From the NCBI RefSeq assembly GCF_009914755.1, contig NC_060932.1: 64,000 nt of DNA; one strand, given 5' to 3'. This DNA comes from the human T2T-CHM13v2.0 reference genome, Homo sapiens. The notes under the pieces were generated by a model. It was not told the origin of the DNA. It was given only the letters and a program-made list of their open reading frames with translations, and ran no database searches. Made by a program: the position numbers and the translations under genes. This document shows positions 27,999 to 42,255 of the stretch, one piece after another. Each line of letters begins with the position of its first letter. Position 1 is the stretch's first letter.

Positions 27999-28148
27999 AG
28001 GAACGTGCCGCCGCAGGTTTGTTGGTGTGCCTGATGGAGAGGAGCTGGTGCTGAGGGCATTTTCTATGTCCTGATCAAGCTGGTCCAGTTTCATAATCAG
28101 CAGCACCATGGAGTCCAGCCGCGCCCTATCTCGATCTTCTCTTATTTC
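27999..28148 (-). CDS. DLC1: DLC1 long-isoform internal coding exon (exon 3), 50 codons: EIREDRDRARLDSMVLLIMKLDQLDQDIENALSTSSSPSGTPTNLRRHVP
   Basis: Minus strand reads acceptor ...tgttctgttcctcAG|GAA, with a branch-like cagTAAC about 23 nt upstream, and donor CCT|GTGAGC. 150 nt, phase 0-0, open frame. Peptide recognised from memory as the DLC1 isoform-1 N-terminal extension; splices in frame to the exon at 20093-20233. Confidence 0.95.
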
Positions 28149-30144
28149 CTGAGGAACAGAACATTTTGTTACTGAATCTGAAAGGCCATTTCTTAATAAG
28201 AATAAAAAGTTCCCTGTTCTTCAATGTGACAAAAAGTACACTGGATAATAGGCAGTCTTTAATTAGAAGAGAAGTTCCATTCTGTATCATCAATGGGCTC
28301 TTCATTGGGAAGACACTGACCTAGTGCCAAGAAAGCATTTTACATGAATATTAAATATATATCTTGTAAAGCAAAGTGCAATGAAAAAAGAAGTATAACA
28401 CCTATGAGTAATGGCATGTATTTACTATTTTCCCACTACCTATTTTTGGGAAAGGTTATATATTTTTCTTCTTTTTTCAGAGTACAAATTGATTATTTAA
28501 AAGGTACTAATAATTATTTGTGGCTAGACATTTAGGGATGCATATGAGATTATATTTTTGGAAGACTCTTTTGCAGTATAGTAAAAACACTGGAAAAGAA
28601 CTAAGCGAGGCAAGTTTTCAGTTTGTGCAGGGGAACAGTTTTCCTAGCACAGGGCCATTTAGCCACTGCTACTTAAAGATATATCCTTACTAAAATCTCT
28701 TCTCTTGAGTTTCTTTTATTTTACACACTTATAAAACAGCTCCCACAACAATTTGTATTTTTGTAAATGAGTATGGTTACTTATTCTCAGTTCTCTGTAC
28801 TACAGACATATGTTGATAGAAATATTTTTAATCATAGGAGTAGCTAAAGCTTCTCATAGAGCATATAGAGTTACTTGGGCATGAATCAACCATTCTGGTG
28901 TGTTTAAGTCAAGTCAATTAGTTCTAGGAATCTTCCAGATTCCCTGTGTTGTACAAGGTATTAGGATGGGGTACGGTATTGGCTAAAAAAAAATACTGTA
29001 GAAAGCACAGTTAGGTTCTTCAAAAGCAACATCTACAGAGAAATGTCGCACATGCAGCGTTGGCTCTTTTGAGGCAAGTCATCATTTGTGACTTATGTTG
29101 CCATCCTCTCCATCTGTCTGATTGTATTGATCTGGGTGAAATCAGCTTTAAAAGGACCACCAGTGGCTGATGTCAGTGGAAAAATACATCTTGACAGAAG
29201 CCTGAGGGCTATCAGTACAGTGATTGCAGATTGAGGGTTCACTTTGGTGATGGTTCGTTGTGAGATGAAAATTGATGATGGCCTGAATCACAACTTCATT
29301 TTTTTAATTTTTTGCCATTTATTTTAATCCTTCTAAATTCCCCCAGCCACCATTAAAAGGCACCCCCAAAGAACAGGGTCTAGGATAATTTTGTGGGTTA
29401 ATCTAATTTTATAGAACTCTGTATATCTTAAACAGCAAGAGCAGATTGTTAATATTACACAGGTATTATCTTTCACATGTCGGATAATTGGTTAATCAGA
29501 TTAAATTTTTCAGACAATCAATTAAGCTAACATTGGATATGTTACTTAAGTAAACTGAACTTGTGCATGGTTTAACAGATTAATGCAAATTGAAACAGCT
29601 AGCCCTGTTTTCACAAAGACAGATTAATTTTGAGAATACGTTAAGAATTTTTTGAGGTATGCTAATTCCTTCAGAATACTATGCTGTTGTTATTACTTCA
29701 GTCTCCTCCTATTGTCCCTGCTGTTTGAAACAAGACTGTGACAGAAAACTACATTTTTTTGTCATCATAAACTATTCTTATAAAGGGGTCCATGATATTT
29801 GCAAACAGACCTGATCTTTTCCATGTATCTTATCCCTCACTGCTACAGAGCTTTGTTACATTCAAAGAAGTGTTATTGATAGTATGATTGTGCTTATAAC
29901 TTATTTAGGTTAATTCCCTTCTGAATATTCCAGATAATGGAACAATCTGATTAAATAGTAATTAAATCCCAGTAATCACTCTTCCCATGGGCTTCATTAT
30001 ATAATTTCTTTTTCTTTTAAACCAAAGTTGTGTTTGGCAACTTAAAGGTTGCTATAAAGTGGTAAGTTTCATTCTTTGTGTAACGGAGGCCTCTGTCAAG
30101 ATATAAGCAAAGGAGTGGTTTAGTACATTTTATAAACTTTTGGA

Positions 30145-30468
30145 TTTCTTTCTTTCTCCCTTCCTTCCTTTTTTCCCTTTTTGCAACAAGGTCTCACTCT
30201 GTTGCCCAGGCTGTAGTGCAGTGCAGTGGCACGATGTTGGCTCGCTGCAGCCTGGATCTCTCGGGATCCAAGTGATCCTTCTATCTCAGCCTCCCAAGTA
30301 GCTGGTACTATAGGCATGTACCACCAGGTCTGGCTGTTTTTTTTTTTTTTTTTTTTTTTTGGTATTTTTTGTAGAGACAGAATTTTGCCATGTTGCCCAG
30401 GCTGGTCTCAAACTCCTGCACTCAGGAGATACTCTCGTCTCGGCTTCCCAAAGTGCTGGGATTACAGG
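30145..30468 (-). mobile_element. AluJ (slightly 5'-truncated)
   Basis: ctgcagcctgg, caagtgatcct, tgttgcccaggctggtctcaaactcctg. Confidence 0.88.
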
Positions 30469-30741
30469 TTTCTTAATACATATTGTGAATCAAACATTTT
30501 TGAAATCTTACAATACTTTCCATCCAGTAATGCCCCATGACTAATGCATGCTCTTTATCCTAAGGTTATTTTTTCTAGTTTTGGTCTTGTTATGCTGAAG
30601 TCTAAATTGAACACATATTCAGTGATTGTAAAGAAATACAAGGTTATTTTATTACAAGACCTCATACATTTTAAGATCAAAGTGGAATAGGAAAAGGCAC
30701 TGTTTGGGGAGCATATTTCTTAGGAGCAGGAAATGGGTGGG

Positions 30742-30948
30742 CCATGGTATGTTGGTAAGTGTTTAGCAACTGAATCTCCAAATAGAATGAAAGTCCTTAT
30801 TTGTAGCGTTTGTGGATTTCCGTGGTGTAAATACTCCCCTGACCCATTTCAAGCTGCCAAGAAGATGTTACTGACTGCAGGGTTGGAAGAAATGTGCATA
30901 ATTGGCCCGTTCGAGCTGGTGTGAACCAGTGTCAGCTGGCATATGGTG
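30742..30948. mobile_element. MER63-like hAT MITE
   Basis: ggtaagtgtttagcaac...atttgtagcgtttg...gatttccgtggtgtaaatactccc...tttcaagctgccaa. Confidence 0.7.
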
Positions 30949-31246
30949 ACTCCGAAACACACTGGGGTAGGGGGCCAGAAGGATAGAGAATTCGTCTTAG
31001 AATTTGACTTGAATAGAAACATTGATAGTTACATATATAGTTATAATTATGGTTTAGTCAACATAATAACATACTAAAATAACACATTTAATTTTTTAAA
31101 TACATTTATTTTCCTTAATATTGGAAGGAATTCCCTGGGCAACAGGGATTAACATTACTAAGGAATTACCTGAGCAACAAGGAATTTACCTTGTTGCCCA
31201 GGTAAATTTTAGTATGAATTGTAGATGTCAAGTTTGTGTACTTCTG

Positions 31247-31557
31247 GGCCAGGCATGGTGGCTCACGCCTATAATCCTAGCATTTTGGGAGGCAGAGGTG
31301 GGTGAATCACTTGAGGTGAGGAGTTGGAAACCAGCCTGGCCAACATGGTGAAACCCCATCTCTGCTAAAAATATATTTTTTTAAAAAATAGACAGGCATG
31401 GTACTGGGCACCTGTAATCCTAGCTACTTGGGAGTCCTGAGGCAAGAGAGTCGCTTGAACCTGGGAGGCAGAGGCAGCAGTGAGCCAAGATCGTGCCATT
31501 GTACTCCAGCATGGGCAATGAGAGTGAAACTCCATCTCAGATAAATAAATAAATAAA
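31247..31557 (+). mobile_element. AluS with (TAAA)n tail
   Basis: TSD tttgtgtacttctg on both sides. Confidence 0.92.
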
Positions 31558-31672
31558 TTTTGTGTACTTCTGGAGGATTTTTTTTTTTTAGTAGTGGTTC
31601 CTTTTGCTCTCGTCCTTGCTCTATTTATTATTTATGTTTGTAAACTTCTTTAAAATTTATTATAATGAACAT

Positions 31673-31893
31673 ATTTTTTATTTCAACTTTCAGACTCAGA
31701 ACTGCATGTGCAGGCTTGTTACATGGGTATGTTGTGTGATGCTGAGGTCTGGGGTATGACTGATCCTGTCACCCAGGTAGTGAGCATAATACCTAAGAGG
31801 TAGTTTTTCAACCCTTGCCTCCCTCCCTCCTTCTCCCCTCTGTGGTCCCCAGTGACTATTGTTCCCATCTTTATGTCTTTGAGTGCCCAACAA
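31673..31893 (-). mobile_element. L1PA15/16-like 3' end
   Basis: catgtgcaggcttgttacatgggt...gatgctgaggtctggggtatg...gtgagcata; TSD aacatattttt. Confidence 0.8.
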
Positions 31894-32284
31894 TTAACAT
31901 ATTTTTATATTGACATTTATACTTAAGTCAAAACACAATTCTTTAAGTTACTGATATGTCATTTGGACACTTCACTCAACACCAAATAATTCGGAAATAT
32001 AAAAGTTCAAGGTTCCAGTGCCTTGATTTTACAGATGAGAAAACTGAACTCCAGGGAGTTTTTAAAATCCACTGGTAAAGTCCAGACTAGAGCCTGGCTC
32101 TTCCCACTCCCCTTCCTGTTAGCTTTCGAGTTCTACATGTTGGTTTCCCTCCATGTTAAACATTTTAAATTTTATGCCCACTTGGGTATCATGAATTCTC
32201 TCCTCAACTTCTGCATCCTGGTTTTTCTTCCTGTCAATATACAGAAACTGTGTTTTGAAAGACCATCAATTACTACAACATTAA

Positions 32285-32861
<577 letters not shown>

Positions 32862-33079
32862 TTGCCCAGTTCTTTAAACTTTTATTTAGCAATCATTTAA
32901 GGTATGTTTATTGACCACTATGTGCTGTACACTGTTTCAGAGGAAGCAACCTATTTCATATTTGTGCAGCTATAAATTTTAAAAAAGTTTATAGTGTCAA
33001 ATTCTGCCTTACTCTAACTTCTCAGCTTGTCCCACAAGAAACAGACAGAAATAGCAGTGTCTTTATTCCATGAAACAGC

Positions 33080-33350
33080 CTTTCAAATATTTCAAGAATG
33101 ATGTGGTGCCCATGTTCTTTCATTTTTGGGTGAATCATCCTCAGTTCCTTTAATTATTTCTCATATGACATGTTTTCAAATCCTCGGTAATTATGTTTAC
33201 TCTTCTCTGGATATGATATAATTCTGTCAATGACTCAATTAACTGTTGGTGCCCAGAATTAAATATATTACTCTATGTGTTCTCTGACTGGGGCAGACTA
33301 GGCAAGTGCTTCTGTGTTCTATATACCCTCTTTAAAGCAGACTAAGAATT
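33080..33350 (-). mobile_element. L3/CR1 LINE relic
   Basis: Reverse complement reads ttctgggcacc...cattgacaga...tccagagaagag...aaacatgtcatatgagaa...aaggaactgaggatg, typical of the CR1 RT 3' region. Confidence 0.7.
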
Positions 33351-35957
33351 TAGTGCCTGTTTAGAACATGAACAGGCTATTCTTAATGGAATAGCCACAG
33401 TCTGCTTTTTTAATGAGGAAAAAGTATTTAGCTGACTGTGAGCTGAACTTGAGTCAATGCTGTGATGTATGTCTCTTTTTCCCATTATGTGTCTGTGTAG
33501 TGCTAAGAACAGAAACATCCTGTTGCTTTGGGACTGCAACCAGCTGCTGTCAAAGTTTAGATAATATATGTAGCTGCTGTGGAAGAAATTTCCACTTGTG
33601 TCTCTTTCAGACATAGGTCAATAGATACGAGGCAAATTAGGAGAGAAATTTCAATTCAATTTGATTTACTGTCAGAAACCTAAGATGTCCAAGCCCATGG
33701 TGGTAAACTGGAAATCTGAAAGAAGCTCCTAATTTACTTGGAAGAGCTATTTAGTTCCTGGGCAGTGAAGCCTCTTTGATTGCAGTGGTATCTGGGGAAG
33801 ATGAATAGGGTTTTTAGAGAATCATTCTTTCCTAAAAGTGTCAGATTCTGTGAGGCTTAAACAACAGGAGTCTCCTCTCTGCTTCTTTCCTTCCATCTGG
33901 GAAAGATAATCCCAACACCCCTCTTTCTACAAATGCTCTTAACTGAACAGCACAAACACAGCACACACACAAGGCAGTTGGGGAGGAGGTGCAAATTACT
34001 GGATATTTTGCAGACTGGAGAAATATAAAGTCCAGAAAAGAGTGTGCCTCTTCTAGAGAGACACAGGCTCTGTTTTCCTAATGCCAGCATTTGGAAGAGA
34101 ACCAAAAAGTTTAGTAAAATACCCAGATGCTTCCAAATAGTGGACGATTGGTTTGGCATATATAGCATTGCTTGAACGCTTTGCTTGTCAATGAACGGTG
34201 GCATCACATAGTCATGATAAATTAAATGCTAAACCGGGAATAGAACTGAAACTTCCTGACACAAGGTTCTGGCCCCTATGCTGTCTTCAATTCCATATGT
34301 GTGTTACTGGTTATTCTGGACTGCTAATACTCCTCACTCACCCGTGAAAGAAAGGGACCTTTTAGCAAAAGACTTGGCTCAGTTTCATCCTGAAGTATTT
34401 GATCTTTGGCCAGCTGGACTAGTGTAAAAATCTCATATTAGCATTATATGTTTCATTTGACAATAAATTTCTCATTCTAGACTTTCCTTTCTTAAAATAA
34501 TATCCTGTTTTAAAAACCAGAATGTTATTAAATCTCTTTTTTTAGAGCAGTGAAGATTTTCATGTAAATTGACAGTAAGAAGCTAACGATAATGTAATTA
34601 TCCTAAGTCAGAATTTCTAGGCAAGTTAAATAAGTCAGTCTTAATTTTTATTCCACTGTGTTTCAATTTGAAACTTATGTAGACTAGCAGGAAAGAAAAC
34701 AACAACTATTTCCTGTTTGCTAGATATATTCCGTTCAACTCCAAGTTCTAGGCATATTATCTTTTATTAATAATATGTGCCACTATGACTATAATATTAG
34801 GTCATGATGATGGATAGATAATATTGTTATTTAAAGTTGCAACAAGCAATCTTTTAACTGACATGTAATCATTAATTAGCGATCATGGCTTTATATTATC
34901 TGTTTAAATTTATCTGCTATTAATCTGCTTCTACTTATTAAGACATGGTGAAGAAAATTGGTTTCTCTTTTGCTAGGTTTTTAAACTCCAACTAGGCTTC
35001 AAACGGAGCACTGATTAGCCAGAACTTTTGTAACTTCCATACACAGTTTCCTGAGTAGTTTCAAAGGATATTGATACAGCTCGTCCTGAGAAGTGTTCAG
35101 AAGTGCAGGTGTGAACCGGCGGGGAGAACTGAGGCCCATTTTGGGGACTGGGATATAATTTCTACCTAAATCATTTCGTAAGTATGCTGGAACCAGTCTT
35201 CATTTTAAGTGCTAAAATTAAAGATTGGCACTCAGGTCACTAAATACATTATAGAATATAGGATCAGTCCTGCTGAGCTGATATGTATTCCATACTATCA
35301 TGCTTATGTGGTATCTGCCAATTCCTGTGACTCTTTTTTATTTTTATTTTTTACAATACTTAGTAACTCTTTGCTTTGGCTCAGGTCTTAAAGCAGACAA
35401 GACTTTTCTTGGTTTGAAAACTTAAGAAAAATATCTATTTAACACTGAAATTCCATAAATTGTTTTTAGGAATATTATGATGATCCTTCCTTTGCCATGA
35501 ACAACAAAAAAAGACATAAGTAAACATGTATTCCTTTTTCATAAAAATGTACCCCTTATTTTTTTTTTAAAGTCTTGTATTGACCTGACTTCTGTCTACT
35601 TTTCTACCGGCACTGTTGTAACTCTCTGATTCAGCCCACTGGCCTCCGAATGTCAATCATCCTGAGTCCAACAACTATATTTTCCTTAATATTTGTAGTT
35701 ATTATTTTTACCACTGTATCTTCCTTAATATTTTATAGCTGCATTTTAAATATTGTATATACATGGTATATAATACATAAATAATCTGATATATTTCTAA
35801 CACATATTAAACTACAAAATTATCAAAATAAAGATTCTTTATGCTATCTGATATACTCTCAATTAAGCCATACTATGTTTTAGGAAATGCTTTACTACAA
35901 GTAGAGAGCTTGTTTTGGTCTCTCAAATATGTCATCCTCTCCCTCATTTGCAATTTG

Positions 35958-36150
35958 AATTTGCAGATTTAGCAAATAAAACGATAGGATGTCTAGTTAT
36001 ATTTGAATTTCAGATAAAAAATAATAAGTTTTTAGTGGAAGTAGTTCCAAATATTGTATAAGACAATATTGCATTGGACCTACTGTGGCTAAACATTTTT
36101 ATCTGAAATTAAAGTGTAACTGGGTATTTTATGTCTTATCTGGCAACTGT
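35958..36150. mobile_element. MER53 (palindromic hAT MITE)
   Basis: cagatttagcaaataaaa...tttgaatttcagataaa...tttatctgaaatt...taactggg...ttatctggcaac. Confidence 0.8.
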
Positions 36151-36599
36151 GTTTTCATTCATGTAATAACTTTCTTTTGGCTTAACCCACTTCTTGCTGG
36201 GTATATCAGACGAAACCCTTGGCTTCAAGAGCAATGTGACTCCAATAGAGGGGTCTCTCAAAGGCTTGTTTCTTTGAATGAATAAATAGTATTTGTCTCT
36301 TTATGTTTAATTTTACAGCTTCAGTGAGTAGTAGTTTTCAATAGCGGCAGATTGTCAGTATAGTTGTATAGCTTTGGACACTTCTACATGCTAAGGTTCA
36401 TGTAGAATTTGGTACATGATTTAGTAGGCCTACGGGGAGGCTAAGCTATGTGTTTTTAAAAAGTTCCATGGATGTATTCATAGCACAGCTAGGTTTGAGG
36501 AACATTTTAGTAGATTGCAGAGAAAACCGTTACATGGTTTCTGATGAAAATTAGGGTGACAGGAATTAGAGTCTCACCTAGGGTAATTCCACAATAAGA

Positions 36600-39170
36600 A
36601 TGTCATTAATCTCCTATATTAACAGATTTAAGAAAAAAATACGACAAGTAAATATCAAAAAGGGCATTTATAACATTTCAAACTGATTTGAAATGTTTTG
36701 CTAGTGATTACAAACAACAAAATAAATTAAAATTAAAAAAACCTCTTTTAAGTGGCAAGGACTTAGAAGGCAATGCTCTTCACCTGATTATGAGTCTAAG
36801 ACACTTAAAGCAAGCATTGAGGATAATGAGGAAACACTGGAAATATTTCTATAAAACTAGGAAAAAGTAAGAATGCTTGTTATCACATATTCTACTCAAC
36901 ATTACACTTGAGGTTCTGCCCAATGCAACAGAAACAACAACAACAAAACAGAGATGATTATATTACAAAGGAAGAAAATGTGTACCTCAAAAATCCAAGA
37001 GAATAATACGAAAATCTGATAATTTCAACAAATCAAAGAATTTGGCTTAACAAAGAAAAACGCAAGACCACTCTTGTCCTCTCCCGTTAATCATTTAAAA
37101 AATGGAATAGGAGGAAAAACCCCTCATATCACAGTGGCAAAAAAGACTATAAAATACCTAGAAGTAACTAAAAAAAGAAATGAGCAAGACCATTATAAAA
37201 AAAAAACAAAAATGTCACCAAAGAATGTAAAAGACTGAATAAATGGAAAGATATATACTTGCTCTGGAGAGGAAAGTTCCAACATACTGTACAACTAATT
37301 TGTTATGTGTACTCTCTGTTTCCCCACTAGATCGTCAGCCCCACAAGGGTAATCACGGTTTGTTTTGTTCACTGATGCAAACCAAGAATCTGCAGCAGAG
37401 GCGCATAATCATCACACAATAAATGCTTGTTGAATGAATGAATGAATGAAATATTCTGTTTGAATTAATTTAAAAACTCAAAGGAGCCTAAATGAAACCC
37501 TCATGGGTTTTATGGGTTTTTAAAAAATGAACCCACCTGCAGAGCTGATTCTTGGAAAACGAAAATGAAGACCAAGAAACATATTATCCAGCAGTCATAC
37601 CTGTTGGTATTTTTATTCAAATGAGTTGAAAATGTATGTCCCCATAAACACCTGCATACAGATGTTTATAGCAACTTTATTCATACTTGCTGAAGGTTGA
37701 ACTAACCAAGATACCCTTCAGTAGGTGAATGGATAAACAGTGGTACATTTAGGCAAAAAACATTATTCAGCACTAAAAACAAATGAGCTATCACACCATG
37801 GAAAGATATGGAGGAAACTTAAATGCATATTACTAAGTGAAAGAAGTCAGTCTGACGAGCTATCTACTGAATAATTCCAATTATATGATATTCTGGAGAG
37901 GCAAAACTATGGAGAGGGTAAGAAGACTACCAAGAAGGAAGGGATGAAAATCCAGACCATAGAGGAGTTTTAGGGCAGTGAAACTATTCTGAATGATTAT
38001 ATATTAGTAGACACCTGTCATTATACATTTATCCAAACCCATAGAATGTACAACACCAATAGTAGACACTGATGTAAACTATGAACTTTGAGCGATACTG
38101 ACATGTCATTGTAGAGTCATTGATTGTTACAAATGTACTACTTTGGTGCTGGATGTTGATGGTGGCTATTGGCAGAGGGCATATAAAACATTCTGTACCT
38201 TCCACTCAATTTTGCTGGAAACCTAAAACTGCTTTTTAAAAAGTCCATTAAAAATATGAAACAAAATAAAGAAAATGGAAAGAGACTAGAAAATTTTTAG
38301 TGTGGATATCTTTAAATACACACAAAATACAGAAAAATAATAAATTTTGATTTATCTGTCAGATTAAAAATGACCAATATTTTGCTCATTTATCCCTCTT
38401 CACATTTTTTTTAGTGTTTTAGGTAAATCCCAGAGACCATATAATTTCATCCACAAATGCTTAGGTAAAAGTTGATTTTAAATTTCATCTGCAAGAGAAA
38501 AGGAGTCAAAATTGTAAAATCTTTTTTAAAAATCCAAATGTTCTATGAAACAGCACACTGTATAAAGTGTCCACAAAGAAAAGATTGATAAATGTTAAAA
38601 TACAATTATAGACTGGGAGAAAATATTTAGATCATATGTACGACAATGAATGAAGCAGTTATAAAAAGACAACCTAATAAAATTGGTCAAAGCATATAAA
38701 GAGTCTATTAATAGAAGAATTCCTAATGATTTAAAACCCCAAAGCATCACTGGTAATTAAAACAATACTAATTAATTATGAATGAGAATTAATATTTTTT
38801 TCATAAAAAAGAAATCATGACCACACTCAAGTTTGACAATATTTTGGAAATAGAATTTTTTTCCCCTTTGGAGAGTAGCTTGGGAGTCTCTATCGAAATT
38901 TAAAGTAGAACACATTCTTCAACCTGGTAATTTAATTTTAGATACCTATCTTAGAAAATTACTTGCACGCATGCAAAGACAGTATAATCAATACTGTCTT
39001 CGTTGTGGCATTTTTTGCTAGTAGCCAAAGAACTGGAAATAACTTACTATCAATAGAAAATTTTAACTTAATGAGTTATGGCACCATCATTTCTTGGATC
39101 ACAATGCAGTAGTTGCATACGATGACGCAGATTCACATGCACTGACAGGGCCATGAGTAACCTACGTAAT
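36600..39170 (+). mobile_element. Old L1M fragments (L1ME-like) with a nested L1MC 3' end (about 37580-38255) and L2 tail (about 37285-37450)
   Basis: A-rich decayed ORF2; L1MC-like gtacaacacca...gtaaactatg...ttgttacaaatgtac; L2 end aataaatgcttgttgaatgaatgaatg. Confidence 0.65.
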
Positions 39171-39201
39171 GCTTCAGTGCAAGTTAGAAAAATGTCCCTT
39201 T

Positions 39202-39577
<376 letters not shown>

Positions 39578-39709
39578 TCAGCACTTTAGTCTGGTGTCCT
39601 TGTGCGGGGCATAACCTGCCCAACAGTACTTGGGACCCTGCTACTGATAAGGAAAGTGTTCTATAGAGAGTTTGCTAAGTAGGGAAAGAAAGGTAAAGAA
39701 CACTACACG

Positions 39710-39799
39710 AAGCTTTTCCAACCCGCAGCCCAGGACAGCTTTGAATATGGCCCAACACAAATTCGTAAACTTTCTTAAAACATTATGAGATTTTTTTGC

Positions 39800-39839
<40 letters not shown>

Positions 39840-39941
39840 CTCATCAACTATCGTTCGTGTTAGTGTATTTTATGTGTGGCCCAAGATAATTCTTCTTCTT
39901 CCAATGTGGCCCGGGGAAGCCAAAAGATTGAACACCCCTGC
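39710..39941 (-). mobile_element. MER30 (hAT-Charlie) with expanded T36 run
   Basis: gcccaggacagctttgaat...cccaacacaaattcgtaaactttcttaaaacattatgaga...gccaaaagattgaacacccctg. Confidence 0.85.
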
Positions 39942-40107
39942 TGTACAGCATAAAATCCTTAATATATTTCTCTCTCTCTCTCCTACACACACACATACAC
40001 GAGCACACATACAGACACATCCAATGCAAAATTATTTCTCTGTGTGTGTGTGTGCACACATATATATATATACACGTATATGCACAAAATAAATCTGGAA
40101 GGATATC

Positions 40108-40460
40108 TGATATGGTTTGGCTTTGTGCCCCACCCAAATCTCATCTCCCCAGGTGTTGAGGGAGGGACCTGTTGGGAGGTAATTGGATCATGGAGGAGGT
40201 TCCCCCATGCTGTTCTCATGATAGTGCTTGACTTCTCACACGATCTGATGGTTTTAAACGTGGTGTTTTCCCCTGCTCTATTGCTGTCTCCTGCCACCTA
40301 GTAAAGAAGGTACTTGCTTCTCCTTAGCCTTCCACCATGATCATAAATTTCCTGAGGCCTCCCAGCCATGCGGAACTCTGAGTCAGTTAAAGCCCCTTTC
40401 TTTATAAATTACGCAGTCTCAAGTAGTATCTGTATAGCAATGTGAGAACAGACTAATACA
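40108..40460 (+). mobile_element. THE1D/MSTA-like solo LTR
   Basis: tgatatggtttggct...cccaaatctcatc...ttcctgaggcctcccagccatgcggaact...gactaataca. Confidence 0.88.
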
Positions 40461-41342
40461 ACATTCATCCTTGGGAGCTGAATGTGGAACTGGGAGAGGG
40501 GCAAAGAAACCTACATGTTACAGTTTGAAATTACTCCAACAAGTACATGATGGTGAATTATATCAGTGATATAAAAATAAACGCTTATTGAAAACAAAAA
40601 CACAAAAAAATTACAGTCTGTAAAAAGCTGACACCACAAACACGAAAAAGCTCCCCAGGAATTTTATTCCTTAACTGCATAACATACTTTATAATATATT
40701 TTTCATATACTATCTTTTTACCTTTGTTGAATTATGAGGAATTAAAAATTTTTTGGTACATTCATATATTGACATATGCTGAAGCCTTTAACATAATGAC
40801 TGAGTATCCTTATTATTGGTATGAAAAGATGCCCATATATTCAATAAATGTGGTTACTAAAGTATACCTAAGATAATCTCCATCTTTATGTGTATAGACA
40901 ATTTATCTTTGCCAGTACAACTAATGCACAGCTAATTTTGTTGAGAACTTGGTGATGATCTCCTTTTGTGACCATCACTCTCAATATGTTGAATCCTGGC
41001 TTGACCAATTTAATGTGTGATCTGTTCTTCCTATGACTCATCGGGATTGCAGTTTTCTTCTCATAGATTGCACAAATTCCTGAATATTTGCACTGTTTCT
41101 TTTAGCTCAAAGATAGAAAAGAATAGCATTATGACCTTGGCTTTCTACCATAAACCCAAACTGACATTTTCTAAGAAGTGACATAATGGGACTCTATATG
41201 GAAAAGATAAGATTCAAAGAGACTTCGTAAGTGAGCACATAAAATATAGTTAGAAGATTTTGCAGATGTGAGTTAAAGCAAACATTCAGTGAATTAGCTT
41301 ATACAATACATGCAATAAACTAAGAAAAATATCCTTATTTGA

Positions 41343-41669
<327 letters not shown>

Positions 41670-41959
41670 CACGATGTTATTTTTTTTTAAGTCAGTGGCA
41701 ACTAGTGCCATACAATGTGATTTGATGTAATTTAAAACACTTTAGTGATTTTATTTAGTGATTTAAGTGATTTACTAGTATTTAAATAAATTAAATAAAT
41801 CACTATTTGCTAGTGATTTAAGTAAATACATTTTGAAATTTAAAAATATTATTAGTCACTTGTTGTGAAAAACTGTTTCTTTAAGCATAAGCATATAAGG
41901 ATATGTTTAATTTTCCCCTTCATCTTCTCAGTGATGTTTAAACAGGGTAAAATATTTAA

Positions 41960-42255
41960 TTTTTTTTTTTTTTTGAGACAGAATCTTGCTCTTTCACCCA
42001 GGCTGGAGTGTAGTAGCGCGACCATGGCTCACTGCAAGCTCCACCTCCTGGGTTCATGCCATTCTCCTACCTCAGCCTACCTAGTAGCAGGGAGTACAGG
42101 CTCCCGCCACCACACCCGGTTAGTTTTTTGTAGTTTTAGTAGAGATGGGGTTTCACCGTATTAGCCAGGATGGTCTCGATCACCTGACCTCATGATCTGC
42201 CTGCCTTGGCCTCTCCAAGTGCTGGGATTACAGGCACGAGCCACTGCAACCGGCT
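41960..42255 (-). mobile_element. AluY
   Basis: ctgcaagctcc, ttagccaggatggtctcgatc. Confidence 0.9.
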
